A DNA stretch of 64,000 nt, taken from a bacterium (GTDB lineage: Bacteria > Desulfobacterota > S145-22). A program made the translations under genes and the position numbers. The DNA lies in NCBI GenBank assembly GCA_026986155.1, contig JALSPC010000193.1, positions 2,537 through 66,536 of the forward strand, written 5' to 3'. The notes beneath the pieces are model-generated. The model was not told the origin of the DNA. It was given only the letters and a program-made list of their open reading frames with translations, and did no database searches. This document shows, one piece after another, positions 10,601 through 20,091 of this stretch. How positions within the stretch are numbered: position 1 is the stretch's first letter; the number at the start of each line of letters is the position of its first letter.

Positions 10601-10815
10601 TCGTCCTGGGCACCGCCCCCCTGGTCGTGGCGACAGGCGCCGGCGCGGGTAGTCGCCAGGCCCTGGGAACCGCGGTTTTCGGCGGACAGATCGCGGCCAT
10701 CATCATGGCGGTTCTCTTCGTCCCCGTTTTCTACAAGGCAGTTCAGGCCACCAGTGAATGGTTCAAGAAACCCAAAGGGAAAGAAAATACACCGGACCCT
10801 CCCGACGAGGTTTGA
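7672..10815 (+). CDS. RND multidrug efflux permease, HAE1 family (AcrB/MexB-like)
   Basis: 1047 aa; MSRFFIERPIFS...AQYPEI N-terminus and 12-TM duplicated architecture. Confidence 0.92.
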   Translation: MSRFFIERPIFSAVIAIVILIAGVVSIKGLPVAQYPEITPPTVQVTAAYPGANAQVVSETVAQPIEEQVNGVENMIYMSSVCAADGSYVLTVSFEIGTDLDMATVLVQNRVSIALAKLPEEVKRLGVTTKKQSTNIVLLLSLDSKDDRYDKLFLSNFATMRLKDDLARLPGVGDVRIFGVGDYSMRIWLDPSKLEAHGITTSDVIHAIQEQNVQVAAGKIGEPPAPPGQQFEYTVNVKGRLADAQEFGNIIVKTAPGGRFLRIRDVGRVELGAQTYNVFGLRNNKPSAILAIYQIPGANAIDVQKNVIAKMDELQKTFPPGLKYSVPLDTTKFISASIKEVITTLIIAILLVVLTLFIFLQDWRSTIIPSVTIPVSLIGTFLMMNLLGFSINLISLFGLVLAIGIVVDDAIIVVENTDRLMVEEGMEPRPAAIKAMEEIGGAVVATTLVLLAVFVPTAFMGGITGQLYRQFALTISGATIISSINALTLSPALCALLLRKEKGKPNIFFRGFNWAFDHTTNGYMAIVRGFLRKSFISMIIAAIIAVVSVKWFGNLPSSFLPLEDQGYAYISAQLPDAASLQRTEKIAREITKRVEKIPGVMDCVAVPGYSMLENAMLSNFASFFVSFKPFEERLPKGHNLDFIMASINKNLSDIRGARVIAFAPPAIPGLGTSAGFKMMVQDKSGMGPLVLQKATEVLAEKANTQSFLKGVYATFRATIPQVFVDIDRNAAKMMGIPLTEIFGTLQVYLGSAYVNDFTKYGRNFQVKVQAVANARTKIDDIKRLRVRNSKGEMIPLGSFINSKFILGPQVLTRFNLYPAAAVNGEAAPGFSSGQALQIMEDLADKNLPNGMGYAWTEMSYQEKKASKGAGVVFLMSIVFVFLVLAAQYESWTIPLGVIMVVPLALLGVVVALVMRDMSVSTYTQIGVVLLVALAAKNAILIVEFAKDEHEKGKPIFDAAAEAAKLRFRPILMTSLSFVLGTAPLVVATGAGAGSRQALGTAVFGGQIAAIIMAVLFVPVFYKAVQATSEWFKKPKGKENTPDPPDEV

Positions 10816-10821
10816 TGGGCA

Positions 10822-11562
10822 ATGCCGAGGGATAAGGGCAGAAAAAAGGCGCCGTCTCGCGGCTGGAGTTCCCGCACGATGAATAGGTTGTGGCGGGAAG
10901 AACGTTACACAGTCCTCCTCGTCTCTATTTTTGCTTACATTCTCCTCTCCGTCATTCTCCCGGAAAAAACCTGGGCCCGCGTCCTGGTCGATGTCATCTT
11001 CCTCATCCTCGTCCTGAGCGTCGTCTTCGAGACGGCGCAGTTCCGTTCCCTCTACTCCTTCCTGGGGTTTCTCGGGCTCCTGGCCGTTCTCGGACACATC
11101 ATCGCCTATATCTGGACGGGAACCCAACTCTCAAGATCAATCCTCGCCGTCTCTTCCATTATCTTCCTCGCCGCCGCCATCCATCGCGTCTCCATGCGCG
11201 TTCTCGGCTCGAAAATCGTGACGGGGAACACTATCCGGGGCGCCATCATCATCTACCTCATGATCGGCGCCCTCTTTTCGAGCATCTACATCCTCATCGA
11301 GATTATCTCGCCCGGGTCCTTCCTCATCACCAACATCGCGGGGATGCCCGTTGAGGTCACGCTGAGAGAGATCTCGAGAATCTTCGGCTATTTCAGCTTC
11401 GTGACCCTGACAACGCTGGGCTACGGGGACATCGTTCCCATCAGGGACCTCAGTCGGACCATCACCTGGCTGGAGGCCTTTATCGGCCAGGTTTACCTTG
11501 CGGTTATCATCGCGCGCCTGGTGGGAATGTATATCGCACAATCAAACAAATCCTCTTCGTAA
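10822..11562 (+). CDS. potassium channel family protein (ion transport 2 domain)
   Basis: TM helices plus selectivity filter TLGYGD; 7 bp downstream of the RND pump. Confidence 0.7.
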   Translation: MPRDKGRKKAPSRGWSSRTMNRLWREERYTVLLVSIFAYILLSVILPEKTWARVLVDVIFLILVLSVVFETAQFRSLYSFLGFLGLLAVLGHIIAYIWTGTQLSRSILAVSSIIFLAAAIHRVSMRVLGSKIVTGNTIRGAIIIYLMIGALFSSIYILIEIISPGSFLITNIAGMPVEVTLREISRIFGYFSFVTLTTLGYGDIVPIRDLSRTITWLEAFIGQVYLAVIIARLVGMYIAQSNKSSS

Positions 11563-11638
11563 GAGAACAGGACAGGCGAATGGGCGCGAGGATTGCCGCC
11601 AGGCCCGTTTTTTAGTATAACGGTTCCAAAAGGAAGAT

Positions 11639-12496
11639 GTGATGAAGTTTTCAGTCGCCCTCGCCCAGATCAGCCCGACCCTCGGAAACCTCGAGAAGAA
11701 TATGGAGAAGTGCGCCCGGATCATTGAGCAGGCAATCCGGGACCGGATCGACCTCCTTGTCTTCCCGGAATTGACGCTGACCGGTTACTTCATCAAGGAC
11801 ATCGTCGCGTCGGTGGCCATCACCCTGGACAGCCCCATCTTGCAACGACTTCTCGACTACAGCAAACGGATCTCCATCGTCATCGGCGCCGTGGAGGAAA
11901 CCCCCGACTTCAAGTTCTATAACGCGGCCTTCTACCTGGAAGGGGGGAAAATCCTTCATATACACCGGAAGGTCTATCTCCCCACCTACGGGCTGTTCGA
12001 CGAGCACCGGTATCTCGCGGCGGGCAACAAGATCCGCGCCTTCGATACCCGTTTCGGACGCGTGGGGATCCTGATCTGCGAGGACCTGTGGCACCCCACG
12101 GCCGTGGCCATCACCGCCCTGGACGGGGCCCATTACCTCATCGGAATCTCCTGCAGCCCCGGGCGGGGAATCGAGGCTTCAGACCGCCTGGGAAGCTCCA
12201 TCACCTGGGAACGCCTCAACCGGACCTATGCGCAGGTCTACAGTCTCTACGTCCTCTACTGTAACCGGACGGGATTCGAGGACGGGATCAACTTCTGGGG
12301 TGGCTCGGAGATCATTTCCCCCTCCGGCGAGCAGGTCATCAAGGCCCTCTACATTCAGGAAGACTTCATCCACACCACGCTGAACGACCGGGCCATCCGG
12401 CGGGAACGAATCATCACGCCCCTCATCCGGGACGAACAGCTCCATCTGACCATCCAGGAACTGGAGAGGATCTACCGTGAACGCTTTGAAGATTAA
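11639..12496 (+). CDS. carbon-nitrogen hydrolase family protein (nitrilase superfamily), likely glutaminase partner of NadE
   Basis: CN-hydrolase E-K-C motifs: [17 protein letters not shown]; overlaps nadE start. Confidence 0.75.
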   Translation: MMKFSVALAQISPTLGNLEKNMEKCARIIEQAIRDRIDLLVFPELTLTGYFIKDIVASVAITLDSPILQRLLDYSKRISIVIGAVEETPDFKFYNAAFYLEGGKILHIHRKVYLPTYGLFDEHRYLAAGNKIRAFDTRFGRVGILICEDLWHPTAVAITALDGAHYLIGISCSPGRGIEASDRLGSSITWERLNRTYAQVYSLYVLYCNRTGFEDGINFWGGSEIISPSGEQVIKALYIQEDFIHTTLNDRAIRRERIITPLIRDEQLHLTIQELERIYRERFED

Positions 12497-13298
12497 CACG
12501 GATCTCACCCGGCGAATCCTCGTGGAATTCATCCGGAACGAGGTGGAACGGGTAGGGTTTTCCAACGTGGTCCTCGGGTTGTCCGGCGGCATCGACTCCG
12601 CTGTATCCGCTTTCCTCGCTGCGGAGGCCCTCTCTCCCGAACATGTCTGGGCCATCCTGATGCCCTACAAGAGCAGCAGTCCCCAGAGCATCGCGGACGC
12701 GGAAGAGGTGGTCAAGTCAACCGGGATTCACGCAACCCTGATCGAGATCACCCCCATGATCGACGCCTACTTCGCGCGCTACCCCGACGCCTCCCGGCTG
12801 CGCCGGGGCAACAAGATGGCAAGGGAGCGGATGACCATCCTCTACGACCATTCCAGCCTCTATCGGGCCCTCGTTCTCGGAACGAGCAACAAGACGGAAC
12901 TCCTTCTGGGCTACGGGACCATCTTCGGCGACATGGCCTCCTCCATCAACCCCATCGGCGACCTCTACAAGACGCAGATCTGGCAGTTGGCCGAGGGCCT
13001 GGGGGTTCCCAAACGCATCATCGAGAAGAAACCCTCGGCGGACCTCTGGACGGGACAGACGGATGAGGAAGAGCTGGGATTCACCTACGAGGACGTGGAC
13101 ACGCTCCTCTATTACATGGTAGACCGGCGTTACAGCCGGGAAGAACTCATCGACTTAGGGTTCAAGGATACCTTCGTGGATAGGGTCCGAAAGATGGTGG
13201 TCAGTTCTCAATACAAGCGGCGGCTGCCCGTCATCGCAAAGGTCTCTTACCGCACCATCGACCGGGATTTCAGGTACGCCCGCGACTGGGAGACCTGA
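12477..13298 (+). CDS. nadE: NAD+ synthetase
   Basis: PP-loop SGGIDSAV, about 270 aa NadE-like. Confidence 0.85.
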   Translation: MNALKINTDLTRRILVEFIRNEVERVGFSNVVLGLSGGIDSAVSAFLAAEALSPEHVWAILMPYKSSSPQSIADAEEVVKSTGIHATLIEITPMIDAYFARYPDASRLRRGNKMARERMTILYDHSSLYRALVLGTSNKTELLLGYGTIFGDMASSINPIGDLYKTQIWQLAEGLGVPKRIIEKKPSADLWTGQTDEEELGFTYEDVDTLLYYMVDRRYSREELIDLGFKDTFVDRVRKMVVSSQYKRRLPVIAKVSYRTIDRDFRYARDWET

Positions 13299-14402
13299 TC
13301 AGTTCCACATCTTCTTGAAGAATCCCTTTTCCCGGTGCAGGTTCGTGACGTTTTCCCCCTTCTCCAGCTCGGCGAATTCCCGGAGAAGTTCCTCCTGGCG
13401 CTTGGTCAGCTTTTTGGGAACCTTGATCACCACCTGAATGATTTCGTCCCCATGGCCGTACCCGCGCAGCCGGGGAAACCCCTTTCCCTTCAACTGAAAG
13501 ACCTCCCCGGACTGGGTTCCCTTCTTTATCTGGATGGTCTCCGTCCCTTCAAGGGTGGGAACCTCGACCTTTCCGCCCAGGGCGGCAGTGGTAAAGGAGA
13601 TGGGGACCTTGCAGTAGATGTCATCCCCGCTTCGTTCGAAAAATTCGTGGGGTTTCACGTGGATAACCACGTAAAGGTCACCGGGAGGGCCGCCGCGCTC
13701 CCCGGCCTCGCCCTCGCCCCGCAGCCGCAGCCGGGATCCCGTGTCCACCCCTCCGGGTATCTTGAGGGAGACCTTCCGCTTCCGCTTGACCCTGCCCGTT
13801 CCCCCGCAATCCGGGCACGGCTCCGGAATAATCTGTCCCGTTCCCTGGCATGTGGAGCAGGTCGTGCTGATGCTGAAAAATCCCTGGCTGCGGGTCACCT
13901 GCCCCCGTCCCCCGCAGGCGGGGCAGGTAATGGGTTGGGTCCCGGGCTTGGCGCCGGTTCCCCCGCAGGTCTCGCATCGGGTCGTTCGGGGAATCTCGAG
14001 TTCCACCTCCTTGCCGAAGGCGGCTTCTTCAAAGGTTATCTCCAGATCGTAGCGGAGATCGTCTCCCCGAGAGGGCCCCGTCCGGGCGCGTCCCCCAAAT
14101 CCAAAAAAATCCCCGAAGATGTCACCGAAAGAGGAAAAGATATCCTCGAATCCCCTGAAACCGGTAAACCCGGTCCCTTTGAGTCCCTCATGGCCGAACT
14201 GGTCGTAGATCTGCCGCTTCTCGGGATCGCTCAGGACCTCGTAGGCCTCCGAGGCCTCTTTGAACCGTTCCTCCGCCTCCTGGTCATCGGGGTTTCGGTC
14301 GGGGTGATACTTCAGGGCCATCTTTCGGTAGGCCTTCTTGATCTCTTCCTGGCTCGCCGTCCGTGTGACGCCGAGAATCTCGTAGTAGTCCCGCTCGATC
14401 AT
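13299..14402 (-). CDS. dnaJ: molecular chaperone DnaJ
   Basis: J-domain with HPD, G/F region, four CxxCxGxG zinc repeats. Confidence 0.93.
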   Translation of the reverse strand: MIERDYYEILGVTRTASQEEIKKAYRKMALKYHPDRNPDDQEAEERFKEASEAYEVLSDPEKRQIYDQFGHEGLKGTGFTGFRGFEDIFSSFGDIFGDFFGFGGRARTGPSRGDDLRYDLEITFEEAAFGKEVELEIPRTTRCETCGGTGAKPGTQPITCPACGGRGQVTRSQGFFSISTTCSTCQGTGQIIPEPCPDCGGTGRVKRKRKVSLKIPGGVDTGSRLRLRGEGEAGERGGPPGDLYVVIHVKPHEFFERSGDDIYCKVPISFTTAALGGKVEVPTLEGTETIQIKKGTQSGEVFQLKGKGFPRLRGYGHGDEIIQVVIKVPKKLTKRQEELLREFAELEKGENVTNLHREKGFFKKMWN

Positions 14403-14415
14403 CTACCTTCCACGC

Positions 14416-14754
14416 TCACTTGTCGTATTCATCAAAGATCTTGCCCGTCCGCGCCTTCTCCACCACCTCGTCGAACTTGGTGCCCAGGTCGACCCCCAAT
14501 TCCTGAGCCCGTTTCTTCGCCCAGAGGCCGATATTCCGATCGTCCCGGTAGTAGCTTTCGTCTCTCGGCGCGCGGGTATCGATTTGACTCAACCTGTCCT
14601 GCTCGCTCTGGTGATAGGAAAAACTCGACACCAGTTTCTTTACCTCCCGTCCGTGACACCTGGGACACACGATAACCTTGTCCTTCTCCCAAGGGAGGAC
14701 GATTTCCGTGAACTCAGCGTGACACGCCAGGCATTCGTATTCAAAAAGCGGCAT
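14416..14754 (-). CDS. FmdB-family zinc-ribbon protein
   Basis: MPLFEYECLACHAEF...CPRCH pattern; start refined to ATG 14754. Confidence 0.65.
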   Translation of the reverse strand: MPLFEYECLACHAEFTEIVLPWEKDKVIVCPRCHGREVKKLVSSFSYHQSEQDRLSQIDTRAPRDESYYRDDRNIGLWAKKRAQELGVDLGTKFDEVVEKARTGKIFDEYDK

Positions 14755-14755
14755 A

Positions 14756-14968
14756 TTATCCTTCCTGTTGTTCTTCCTCGCCGGGGGTCTCTCCAGGCTC
14801 CGTTCGCGTTTTACCGGAGGGTTCAACCTGGACTATCTCCGCTTTCTCCGAAACATCCGGGAGGGAAGAAACAATCTTCTCCACATCCCGCATCTTAATG
14901 TGCCCCCGCTTCAACTGGAGTTTCAAAAAGCGTTTGTCCTCTTTGAAAGTCTCACTCATCCATGCCAT
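14756..14968 (-). CDS. small hypothetical protein (70 aa) immediately upstream of fmdB
   Basis: ORF only; stop abuts fmdB start; no motif. Confidence 0.3.
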   Translation of the reverse strand: MAWMSETFKEDKRFLKLQLKRGHIKMRDVEKIVSSLPDVSEKAEIVQVEPSGKTRTEPGETPGEEEQQEG

Positions 14969-14976
14969 GGCATCCC

Positions 14977-16806
14977 CTACTCCTCTTTCTTTTTCTTCTT
15001 GCTCGTCAATTTTCTGTAGGCCTTCTCGAACTTATTCGCCCGGGCCCTGTCGATCAGGTAGATATCCTTCTTTCCCTTGACCGTGAATATGAATTTCAAC
15101 CCGTCCTTCGTCTCTCTGAACCTCACGTCGCCCATGGGTTTTCCCTCCTTGTCAAACAGGGCCACGTGGACAGGGGAATTCATTGCTTCTTGCTTCGGCG
15201 TCTTTTTCAATATCTTTGAATACTTGAGATCTCCGAGCTCCCACAGGAAATTCAACACGTCGATGTTGGGAATCTTCTCTTTATTCTCTCCCAACTTCTC
15301 ATACCAGCGATTCTTTTTCTTGAAGAAGAGACGGGACGCTTTCTCCGTCTTGATTTCGACCTTGGCCACATTCGTATCCTCGAACGCCACGATCCTCCGA
15401 TACCGTAGGTCGAAAACGGTCTTGAACGTCTTTTGAACATCCTTGGCGTCCAGGACGTAGAACCAATTCGGCTCGTCCCCCCGGGCGATCCACGTTTCAC
15501 CCACGTGGTAGAGTTTCAACGTCAGGGGAGCCTTCCTCCCTTTAACGCCGATCTCGAACGAGAGATCGGGCTTTGCCGGTGTGCTCACCTGTTTTTCGAA
15601 CTCCCCGCGGTCGAGGAATTTCTTGACGCGAAAGCCGGACAAATCCCACAGCCAGTTCTCCACGGCGCGGGTGTCCGCCCGGACTTTCTCCGGTTTAACC
15701 AGTTCCCACGTCCCTTCTCCTGTCTCAAGTTTCTTCGCCTCGATCACGAGATTCTTCTCGCGATTCTCATACCCGACGCGGATCACGTCGTCGATCTCGT
15801 AGTTCCAGACGTTCTTGTCCCTGAAATCGTAAACCTTCTTGTCCAGGTCCTTGAGATAGCTGTTTTTCACGACAAGGACCGACGGGGACCCGGCCACCTT
15901 CACGTAAACGTGTTTGTTGTCGCGATTCTTCCCCACGAGAATCGTCATGGTCTTCTCACCCACGCCGGCCTTTGCCGCGCCCTTCTTTTCCTTTTCCCCC
16001 TTGGATGCGGCTTTCTGGGTCCAAATCAGGTCTATCTTCATCTTGGGGTGATCCCAGCCGAATTCCTCCGGCTTCTGCGGGGGATTATCCAGGAACCGGA
16101 TCACCTTCTCGTCGGTGGCCGCCGAGATGAATCCCTCGATGGAATACCGGTCGCCTCGCGTCTTGATGGGAGAAACAATCTTCCATTGATGTTTACCAAC
16201 CCGTTTCAGATCAATGGCCTCGTCACCCTTAACGAAATGAATCCTTTTCACGCGGTCCGCGTCGAGGGACGCCACCTTTTTGAACCGGAAGTCATACAGG
16301 GTCTCGTTTAAGAGCTTCCTGGGATAGACCCAAACGAGTAGAACCGTCTTTTTGTCCCCCTTCAGGGCATAGGTGTAACTCTTCGTTGGATTGCTGCCGC
16401 CAAAGGTGGCCATGTAGGCCTTCCCCTTCTTGGTATAGAGGGTCACGTGAACAGGGGCCTTCTTGAGGCCGAAATCCGGGTCGTCCCACTTGACGTCCTT
16501 CAAGGTTCTGAAGCTCTTCAATCCCTGGAATGTCTTGAGGAAATTGTTCACCGTCTTTGCGTCGGCGTCCGTCTTTACCGGAGCGGTGATCACCCAGCCG
16601 TTACCCGTCTTTTCGAGAACAATCTCCGTTTGTCCCTTCTTGTAGACGACCTTCGTGACATCGGCCCGCTCGACGGGGTAGAGTTTCTCGCTTATCTCTT
16701 TTTCCTTCGCCTTCCTGCCCCGGTATCTTATCTCGTAGAAGTAGTAGTATCCCCCCAGTAGAGCGAGGATAACCACCCCGATGAGGGAACGCTTGAACCC
16801 GCTCAT
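14977..16806 (-). CDS. DUF4340-like protein, accessory to the GldG-type ABC system
   Basis: N-terminal TM anchor, about 600 aa Lys-rich; position after gldG-like gene matches the usual DUF4340 context. Confidence 0.55.
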   Translation of the reverse strand: MSGFKRSLIGVVILALLGGYYYFYEIRYRGRKAKEKEISEKLYPVERADVTKVVYKKGQTEIVLEKTGNGWVITAPVKTDADAKTVNNFLKTFQGLKSFRTLKDVKWDDPDFGLKKAPVHVTLYTKKGKAYMATFGGSNPTKSYTYALKGDKKTVLLVWVYPRKLLNETLYDFRFKKVASLDADRVKRIHFVKGDEAIDLKRVGKHQWKIVSPIKTRGDRYSIEGFISAATDEKVIRFLDNPPQKPEEFGWDHPKMKIDLIWTQKAASKGEKEKKGAAKAGVGEKTMTILVGKNRDNKHVYVKVAGSPSVLVVKNSYLKDLDKKVYDFRDKNVWNYEIDDVIRVGYENREKNLVIEAKKLETGEGTWELVKPEKVRADTRAVENWLWDLSGFRVKKFLDRGEFEKQVSTPAKPDLSFEIGVKGRKAPLTLKLYHVGETWIARGDEPNWFYVLDAKDVQKTFKTVFDLRYRRIVAFEDTNVAKVEIKTEKASRLFFKKKNRWYEKLGENKEKIPNIDVLNFLWELGDLKYSKILKKTPKQEAMNSPVHVALFDKEGKPMGDVRFRETKDGLKFIFTVKGKKDIYLIDRARANKFEKAYRKLTSKKKKKEE

Positions 16807-18212
16807 CCGTTGAGCCTCCTTCTGATGAAAACAATGATCCCAAGGATGATGATGAACAGGGGGATGGCAACCACGTTCACCCAGAAGGAAATCAGCCCCT
16901 GTCTCCTCGTCAAGGTTAGCGGTTGGGATTCAGGATTCTTCGGCGGGATGGCAATCAACACATCCTTTTCCGCCAACCAGTTCACCATGTTGAGGAAAAA
17001 GATCCCATTGCCGTAGAGGTTGAAATACCCGTTCTCCACGAAGTCAGGATCCCCCACGACCACGATTCTCGGCCGGCGTTTTTTCCGCAACTTGCCTGTC
17101 AGTTTAACCATTCCTTCCGGTGTTACTTCGCAGACGGCCGCCAGGGGAACAGGTCCCTTGAGGTCCTGCCCCTTGTCAAACCGCGCTTTCCCCGTTTCCA
17201 GGAGTTTCCTGTTCGTTTCCGCCCAACTCGCCTCGCCCGTCTTGGCGAGAATCCTGAGGTCCCAGTTCATTTCGGCGTTCTTGCCGGTCATAACCTGGAC
17301 GCTCCGGGCCGTGGGATAGAAGGTCATCATGTTAAAGTTCCGGGTGATGGGATGGGTTCCGTAGCCGGCCACCACGGGCATGAGGTATCCGCCCCCCAGG
17401 ATCCGGCTCAGTTTATCGACAATCATGTTGTCTCCCACCTTGAACCCGAAATCCTTCAGAAAATTCACGAGCCCCACCGAGGTGTAGGGATTGATCATCA
17501 CGAGGAGATGCCCCCCCTGTTTCAGGTAGGCCTTCAGGGCGGCCAATTCATGCTGAAGGAGCTCCACCTGCGGATCCGCGATAACCAGGACATCGCAGTC
17601 CTTCGGCACGCCCTCGTTCCGTGTAAGAAGTAGGGTTTTGACCTCGTAATTCTTTTCGCCGAGGGATTTCTTCACCTGGGAATAGCCCGTCTTGCCTGAG
17701 TTTTTCAGGTCCTTCTCGCCGTGCCCCGTCAGGAAATAGATCTTCTTTCTCTTTTTCTGCGTCACCTTGACCAGGGCGTTGGTAACGGTTTCCTCAGTCG
17801 CCTGAAGAATCTTTTCCTTTCGGTCCCCGCAAATGAAAACAAGGGTGCCGTAGTTTCGCACGTCATACTGCTTGGCCTCTCCGGGGTGCCGGTCCGGGTC
17901 GATTATTTGAGGATGTATCTTCTTGGAATGGTAGGCATAGAGATCCAAGAGTTCCGCCACCTTTTCCTTTTCAGGGCCCTCCCGCATGAAGGCCTTGATC
18001 GTGACGTCTTTCTTGATACTTTTCAAAACCTTCACGGATTGCGGGGCCAGGGAATGGATCTTGTTTTCCGTCAGATCGAACCGCTTGTTGTGGCGGTACG
18101 CGATGAGCTGAATGAAAATCAGGATCGCGAGCACCACCAAGCTGTAGATGAGCGCGTTGGTTCCCAATTTTATCCGGCTTGTCTTGCCGCTCGAACGTTC
18201 TGTCTTGGCCAT
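16803..18212 (-). CDS. GldG-like ABC-transport auxiliary component
   Basis: N- and C-terminal TM anchors with large periplasmic domain; sits with ABC-2 permease and ATPase genes. Confidence 0.65.
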   Translation of the reverse strand: MAKTERSSGKTSRIKLGTNALIYSLVVLAILIFIQLIAYRHNKRFDLTENKIHSLAPQSVKVLKSIKKDVTIKAFMREGPEKEKVAELLDLYAYHSKKIHPQIIDPDRHPGEAKQYDVRNYGTLVFICGDRKEKILQATEETVTNALVKVTQKKRKKIYFLTGHGEKDLKNSGKTGYSQVKKSLGEKNYEVKTLLLTRNEGVPKDCDVLVIADPQVELLQHELAALKAYLKQGGHLLVMINPYTSVGLVNFLKDFGFKVGDNMIVDKLSRILGGGYLMPVVAGYGTHPITRNFNMMTFYPTARSVQVMTGKNAEMNWDLRILAKTGEASWAETNRKLLETGKARFDKGQDLKGPVPLAAVCEVTPEGMVKLTGKLRKKRRPRIVVVGDPDFVENGYFNLYGNGIFFLNMVNWLAEKDVLIAIPPKNPESQPLTLTRRQGLISFWVNVVAIPLFIIILGIIVFIRRRLNG

Positions 18213-18215
18213 GAT

Positions 18216-18986
18216 TTAACCCCTCCAGCGCTTCGATTCGATGACCCTGCACGTCAAGAACAGGCAGTAAAAGGTAAAAAGCAGGTAAAACACCACGTCC
18301 TTGATATCGATGACCCCCTTCGAAAAGTTGTCGAAATGCCGCACGAGGGACAGTTCGTTGAGAATCTTGCCGAAAACGGGTCCCGTGAAATTGGCGGCCC
18401 AGCCGATGACCCAGAGCAACAGGAGAAGCCCGAAGGTGATGATGGCCGCGATGATCTGGTTTTCCGTGGTAGAAGAGATGAAAATCCCCAGTGCAATGAA
18501 GGCCTCACCCATCAGGAGCAAGCCAAGATACCCGGCCAGGATGGGGCCGATGGGCAGTTCCGTCAAGGTGCGGATGAAGATGATATAGACGGCCGTCACG
18601 GCGATGGGAACCAGATAAACTACCGAGGCGGCAAAAAACTTCCCCATCAGGATATCCATGTCCCGAAGGGGATAGGTAAAGAGGAGTTCCACCGTCCCGC
18701 TCTTTTTCTCTTCCGCGAACAGCCGCATGGTCAGCATGGGGATAATCAGCATGGCGATGATCCCGATATTGGCGAAAAAGGGCGAGATCAAGCCCTCCGT
18801 CAGGTTCAGACCCGAGACCATGTAGGGGTTTTGCATGGCCTGCATGCTGATTAGGCTGTAATAGGCCACGGAACTATAGAAAAAGTATCCGGACAGGATG
18901 AGAAACATGGTGATGACCACGTAAGCGATGGGAGACAGGAAGTAGGAGCCTATCTCCTTCTTGAAAATCGGGGTGCTGTTAAGCAT
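18216..18986 (-). CDS. ABC-2 family transporter permease (GldF-like)
   Basis: six-TM ABC-2 permease architecture, 256 aa. Confidence 0.7.
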   Translation of the reverse strand: MLNSTPIFKKEIGSYFLSPIAYVVITMFLILSGYFFYSSVAYYSLISMQAMQNPYMVSGLNLTEGLISPFFANIGIIAMLIIPMLTMRLFAEEKKSGTVELLFTYPLRDMDILMGKFFAASVVYLVPIAVTAVYIIFIRTLTELPIGPILAGYLGLLLMGEAFIALGIFISSTTENQIIAAIITFGLLLLLWVIGWAANFTGPVFGKILNELSLVRHFDNFSKGVIDIKDVVFYLLFTFYCLFLTCRVIESKRWRG

Positions 18987-19923
18987 GATGTTCCTCCCGC
19001 GTCACCAGTTTCAGGAAGATTTCCTCGAGGCTCATTTCCACGGTCCTCAACTCGTAGAGGGTCAGTTGGTTTTCGAAAACCGCCTGCGCGAGGTCTTTCC
19101 GGATATCCTTGTCAGGCCGCGTGATGACCTCGAATTGCTTCACCTTTCCTTTCCGTTTCTGCTTGACCTCCATCACCCCGTCCACGTTCTCCAGGACGCT
19201 GACAATCTTTTGAGGATCTCCCTCGATCTCCATAAGCACGACCAACTGCTTCGAAAGCTGGCGGTTGAGGTTGTCTGGGGTGTCGATGGCGGCGATTTTC
19301 CCTTCGTTGATGATGATGACCCGTTCGCATATCATCTGGACCTCGGGGAGGATATGCGTGCTGAGGATAACCGTGCGCTCTCCGCCCAGTTCCTTGATGA
19401 GTTTCCGAATCTCGACGATCTGTTTCGGGTCCAAGCCGACGGTCGGCTCATCGAGGATCAGGACCTCTGGCTCGCCAAGGAGGGCCTGGGCCAGGCCTAC
19501 CCGCTGCCGGTACCCCTTGGAAAGCTTTCCGATAATCCGTTTCTGCATGTCTCCGATGCCACAACGCTCAATAACGTTGCCCACCTGTTGCTTGAGCTTC
19601 GCGGAACGCTTGATTCCCTCGACCCGGCCGACGAATTTGAGATAGTCGACGACACGCATGTCCTTGTAGAGGGCCACGTTTTCCGGGAGATAGCCAATGC
19701 GCTTCTTGACGTCCAGCGGCTTCTCCGTGATGTTGAACCCCGCCACCTTCACCGTCCCCTCCGTGGGGGGAAAGTAACCCGTCAAAACGCGCATGGTCGT
19801 GGTCTTTCCCGCCCCGTTAGGGCCCAGGAAACCAAGGATCTCCCCCTTTTGGACGGTAAACGAAATATTCTCCACCGCCTTGATGTGACCATATCGCTTC
19901 GTCAAATTCTGGATTTCAATCAT
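18979..19923 (-). CDS. ABC transporter ATP-binding protein (GldA-like)
   Basis: Walker A GPNGAGKTT, signature LSKGYRQR, Walker B LILDEP. Confidence 0.9.
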   Translation of the reverse strand: MIEIQNLTKRYGHIKAVENISFTVQKGEILGFLGPNGAGKTTTMRVLTGYFPPTEGTVKVAGFNITEKPLDVKKRIGYLPENVALYKDMRVVDYLKFVGRVEGIKRSAKLKQQVGNVIERCGIGDMQKRIIGKLSKGYRQRVGLAQALLGEPEVLILDEPTVGLDPKQIVEIRKLIKELGGERTVILSTHILPEVQMICERVIIINEGKIAAIDTPDNLNRQLSKQLVVLMEIEGDPQKIVSVLENVDGVMEVKQKRKGKVKQFEVITRPDKDIRKDLAQAVFENQLTLYELRTVEMSLEEIFLKLVTREEHHA

Positions 19924-20047
19924 GATGCGTCCTCATTCCTTTTGTGCTGATTGACTTGAACCTTGGAATGCAGCATACACACGTCTCCCTGAAACACATG
20001 AGCGAATATAATCATGAATCACCCCCTGTCAAGGATGTCCCGGCAAA

Positions 20048-20075
20048 AAAAGGGCGGGAATCCCCGCCCTTTTTC
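20048..20075. terminator. rho-independent terminator downstream of hppA
   Basis: AAAAAAAGGGCGGGAATCCCCGCCCTTTTTCT hairpin flanked by A/T runs. Confidence 0.55.
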
Positions 20076-20091
20076 TACCCTGTAAAAACCC

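Noticed and set aside
9097-11127. 676-aa minus-strand ORF antisense to the AcrB-like pump
   Set aside because: Shadow ORF of a high-GC gene (Arg/Gly/Asp-rich, no motifs); the plus-strand product is an unmistakable RND permease.
11563-11638. Possible terminator after the K+ channel gene (GGGC...GCCC followed by TTTTTT)
   Set aside because: Stem is only about 4 bp with a 17-nt loop, not a convincing intrinsic terminator.
13335-14675. 446-aa plus-strand ORF antisense to dnaJ
   Set aside because: Low-complexity Pro/Gly/Leu-rich translation; dnaJ on the minus strand is certain.
17721-18854. 377-aa plus-strand ORF antisense to the gldG-like/ABC-2 genes
   Set aside because: Shadow ORF with His/Asp/Gly-rich low-complexity sequence.
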